Source of the DNA: Chiloscyllium plagiosum
Taxonomy: Eukaryota
DNA: 64,000 nucleotides
Assembly: GCF_004010195.1 (NCBI RefSeq)
Contig: NC_057754.1
Span: 55,771-119,770, forward strand
Direction: 5' to 3'
Shown here in pieces: positions 62,582-64,000 of the stretch; the stretch's first letter is position 1; every line of letters begins with the position of its first letter. Below the pieces are notes generated by a model. That model did not search any database and had not been told where the DNA came from. It saw only the letters and a program-made list of their open reading frames with translations. The translations under genes were made by a program, and so were the position numbers.

Positions 62582-64000
62582 GTAAAAGCTTTGCTCTCTG
62601 TACCTTCCTCATTTGATTAACTGCACCCATTGTCTTTTAACCCATTTGTCATCACCTTCATAAATCTGACCTACGTGCACTGAGCTGTCTGTCTGCTGAA
62701 GTCTGTCTGTGTGAATCCCCATCAACAGCCTCAAGGTGTGTGAGATCCTGTTAGTTTATTTGTTTAGATTCTCACCCCATGTTCAAATCCCTCTGCGGCC
62801 CTGACCCTCCCTATCTCTCTCACTTACTACAATACCCCACACTCCTCCCTATCTCTATGACCTCCGCCAGCCCCTATATATTCTCCCTATCTCTGTGTCC
62901 TCCTCCAGCCCCTACAACCCCTTCCGATCTCTGTCACTACCTCCGGTTCTTGCCTCTCCAGCATCCCCCAGTTCCCATTGCTCCACCATTGGAGGTTGTG
63001 TCTTCAGGCACCTGGAGCCCAAACTTGGGAATTCCCTCCCTAAACCTCTCTGCATCTCTCCCTCCCCCTCCTGGTCTCCTGGAGATTAGAAGGCTGAGAG
63101 GTTCTCGTTCTCCCTACTCCCAGTCCTCGCTTTTGATGATGGCATAACTCGTGGTGAGTTGGTGGTGGGAAGGTCATTTGGTTGTGGGTGGTAACACTCC
63201 TAGATATTAAAAACAAGAATGAGAGGTGATCTCATTAAAAGGTAAAAGAGGCTGGAGGGTTTGGACAGGCTGAATATCTAGAGGATAGGCTGGAACTGAT
63301 AGGAGGGGTGATGGGCTGGAGGAGGTTACAGAGATAGGGAGGAGTGTGGAGGCCAGAGGAAGTTTGAGGGAAAGGACACTCTCATTGAGGACAGATGTGG
63401 ACAAATGTCCTGTGTCAGAGGGTGATTAGTGTTCTGCAGGAGGTAGTGGTGACTGGGTCATTGGATTTATCTGGAGTTGAGTTAGATTTTGGATGGGAAA
63501 TGTTTGTAAACCGGTTGACCATTCCTGTTCTGAGTGACTGATGGAGCAGAATACACTTTGGTTCTGCTATTGGCCAGTTCTAGTTTCGTTGATTTTACCT
63601 CCCTCATTCAGTGCCCTCTGCACCATTTATTTAATTCAATCTCCAACATCCGCAATGGCAGGATTCAAACCCAAGTCTCTGGGATATTGCCCGACACTCT
63701 GGGTTAATAGCTTAGTTATAAAACCACCTAGGTCATTGCTTCCCCTTATTGTTTATGTTGCTGCAAAGTAGAGGCTCACTAGATGGGTGCATCTCTGGCT
63801 AGGCCAGCATTTAATGCCCATCCCTAATTGTCCAGTGGGTAATTATGTCACCCACGTTGTTGTGGATCTGGAGTCACATATAGGCCAGACCAGGTAAGAA
63901 TGGCAGATTCCTTTCACTGAAGGATATTAGTGACCCAGATGGTTATTCTGACAATCAACAATAGTTTCCGTGGTCATCAGTAGACTCTTAATTCTCGATT

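Noticed and set aside
59725..62616. 963-aa ORF as a single-exon gene
   Set aside because: It starts at a non-ATG codon in intronic pyrimidine-rich sequence; splice sites define an internal exon 59861-62581.
61794..62630. 278-aa antisense ORF
   Set aside because: Shadow of the RTN3 coding exon; no independent evidence.

Overview
Eukaryotic (vertebrate) genomic DNA, very probably a shark: the repeats look like HE1-type SINEs, CR1 LINEs and Penelope elements, and there is an elasmobranch-type 'MEKPWKCGDCGKGF' zinc finger. It holds two divergently transcribed spliced genes. (1) A complete PP2C/PPM1A-PPM1B-type phosphatase on the minus strand: six coding exons, 25193..14758, 1164 nt, 387 aa, all splice phases consistent, with a non-coding first exon and promoter around 27.8-28.2 kb. 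(2) The 5' part of reticulon-3 (RTN3) on the plus strand: exon 1 at 45241-45325, a 45-nt exon with a GC donor at 57866-57910, and a 2721-nt RTN3L-type exon at 59861-62581; the reticulon-domain exons lie beyond the window. A frameshifted 7-finger C2H2 zinc-finger gene sits just inside RTN3 intron 1. The rest is CR1/other LINE fragments, tRNA-derived SINEs, Penelope-like elements and minisatellites. Main leads: (a) the phosphatase may be the fourth PPM1A/B/N ohnolog, linked to RTN3, which humans lack; (b) many minimal hammerhead-ribozyme motifs occur in Penelope termini and in small, TSD-flanked palindromic insertions; (c) a dispersed 33-bp hairpin minisatellite appears to have expanded from inside Deu-type SINEs. 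Family and orthology calls rest on recalled motifs, not on database searches.
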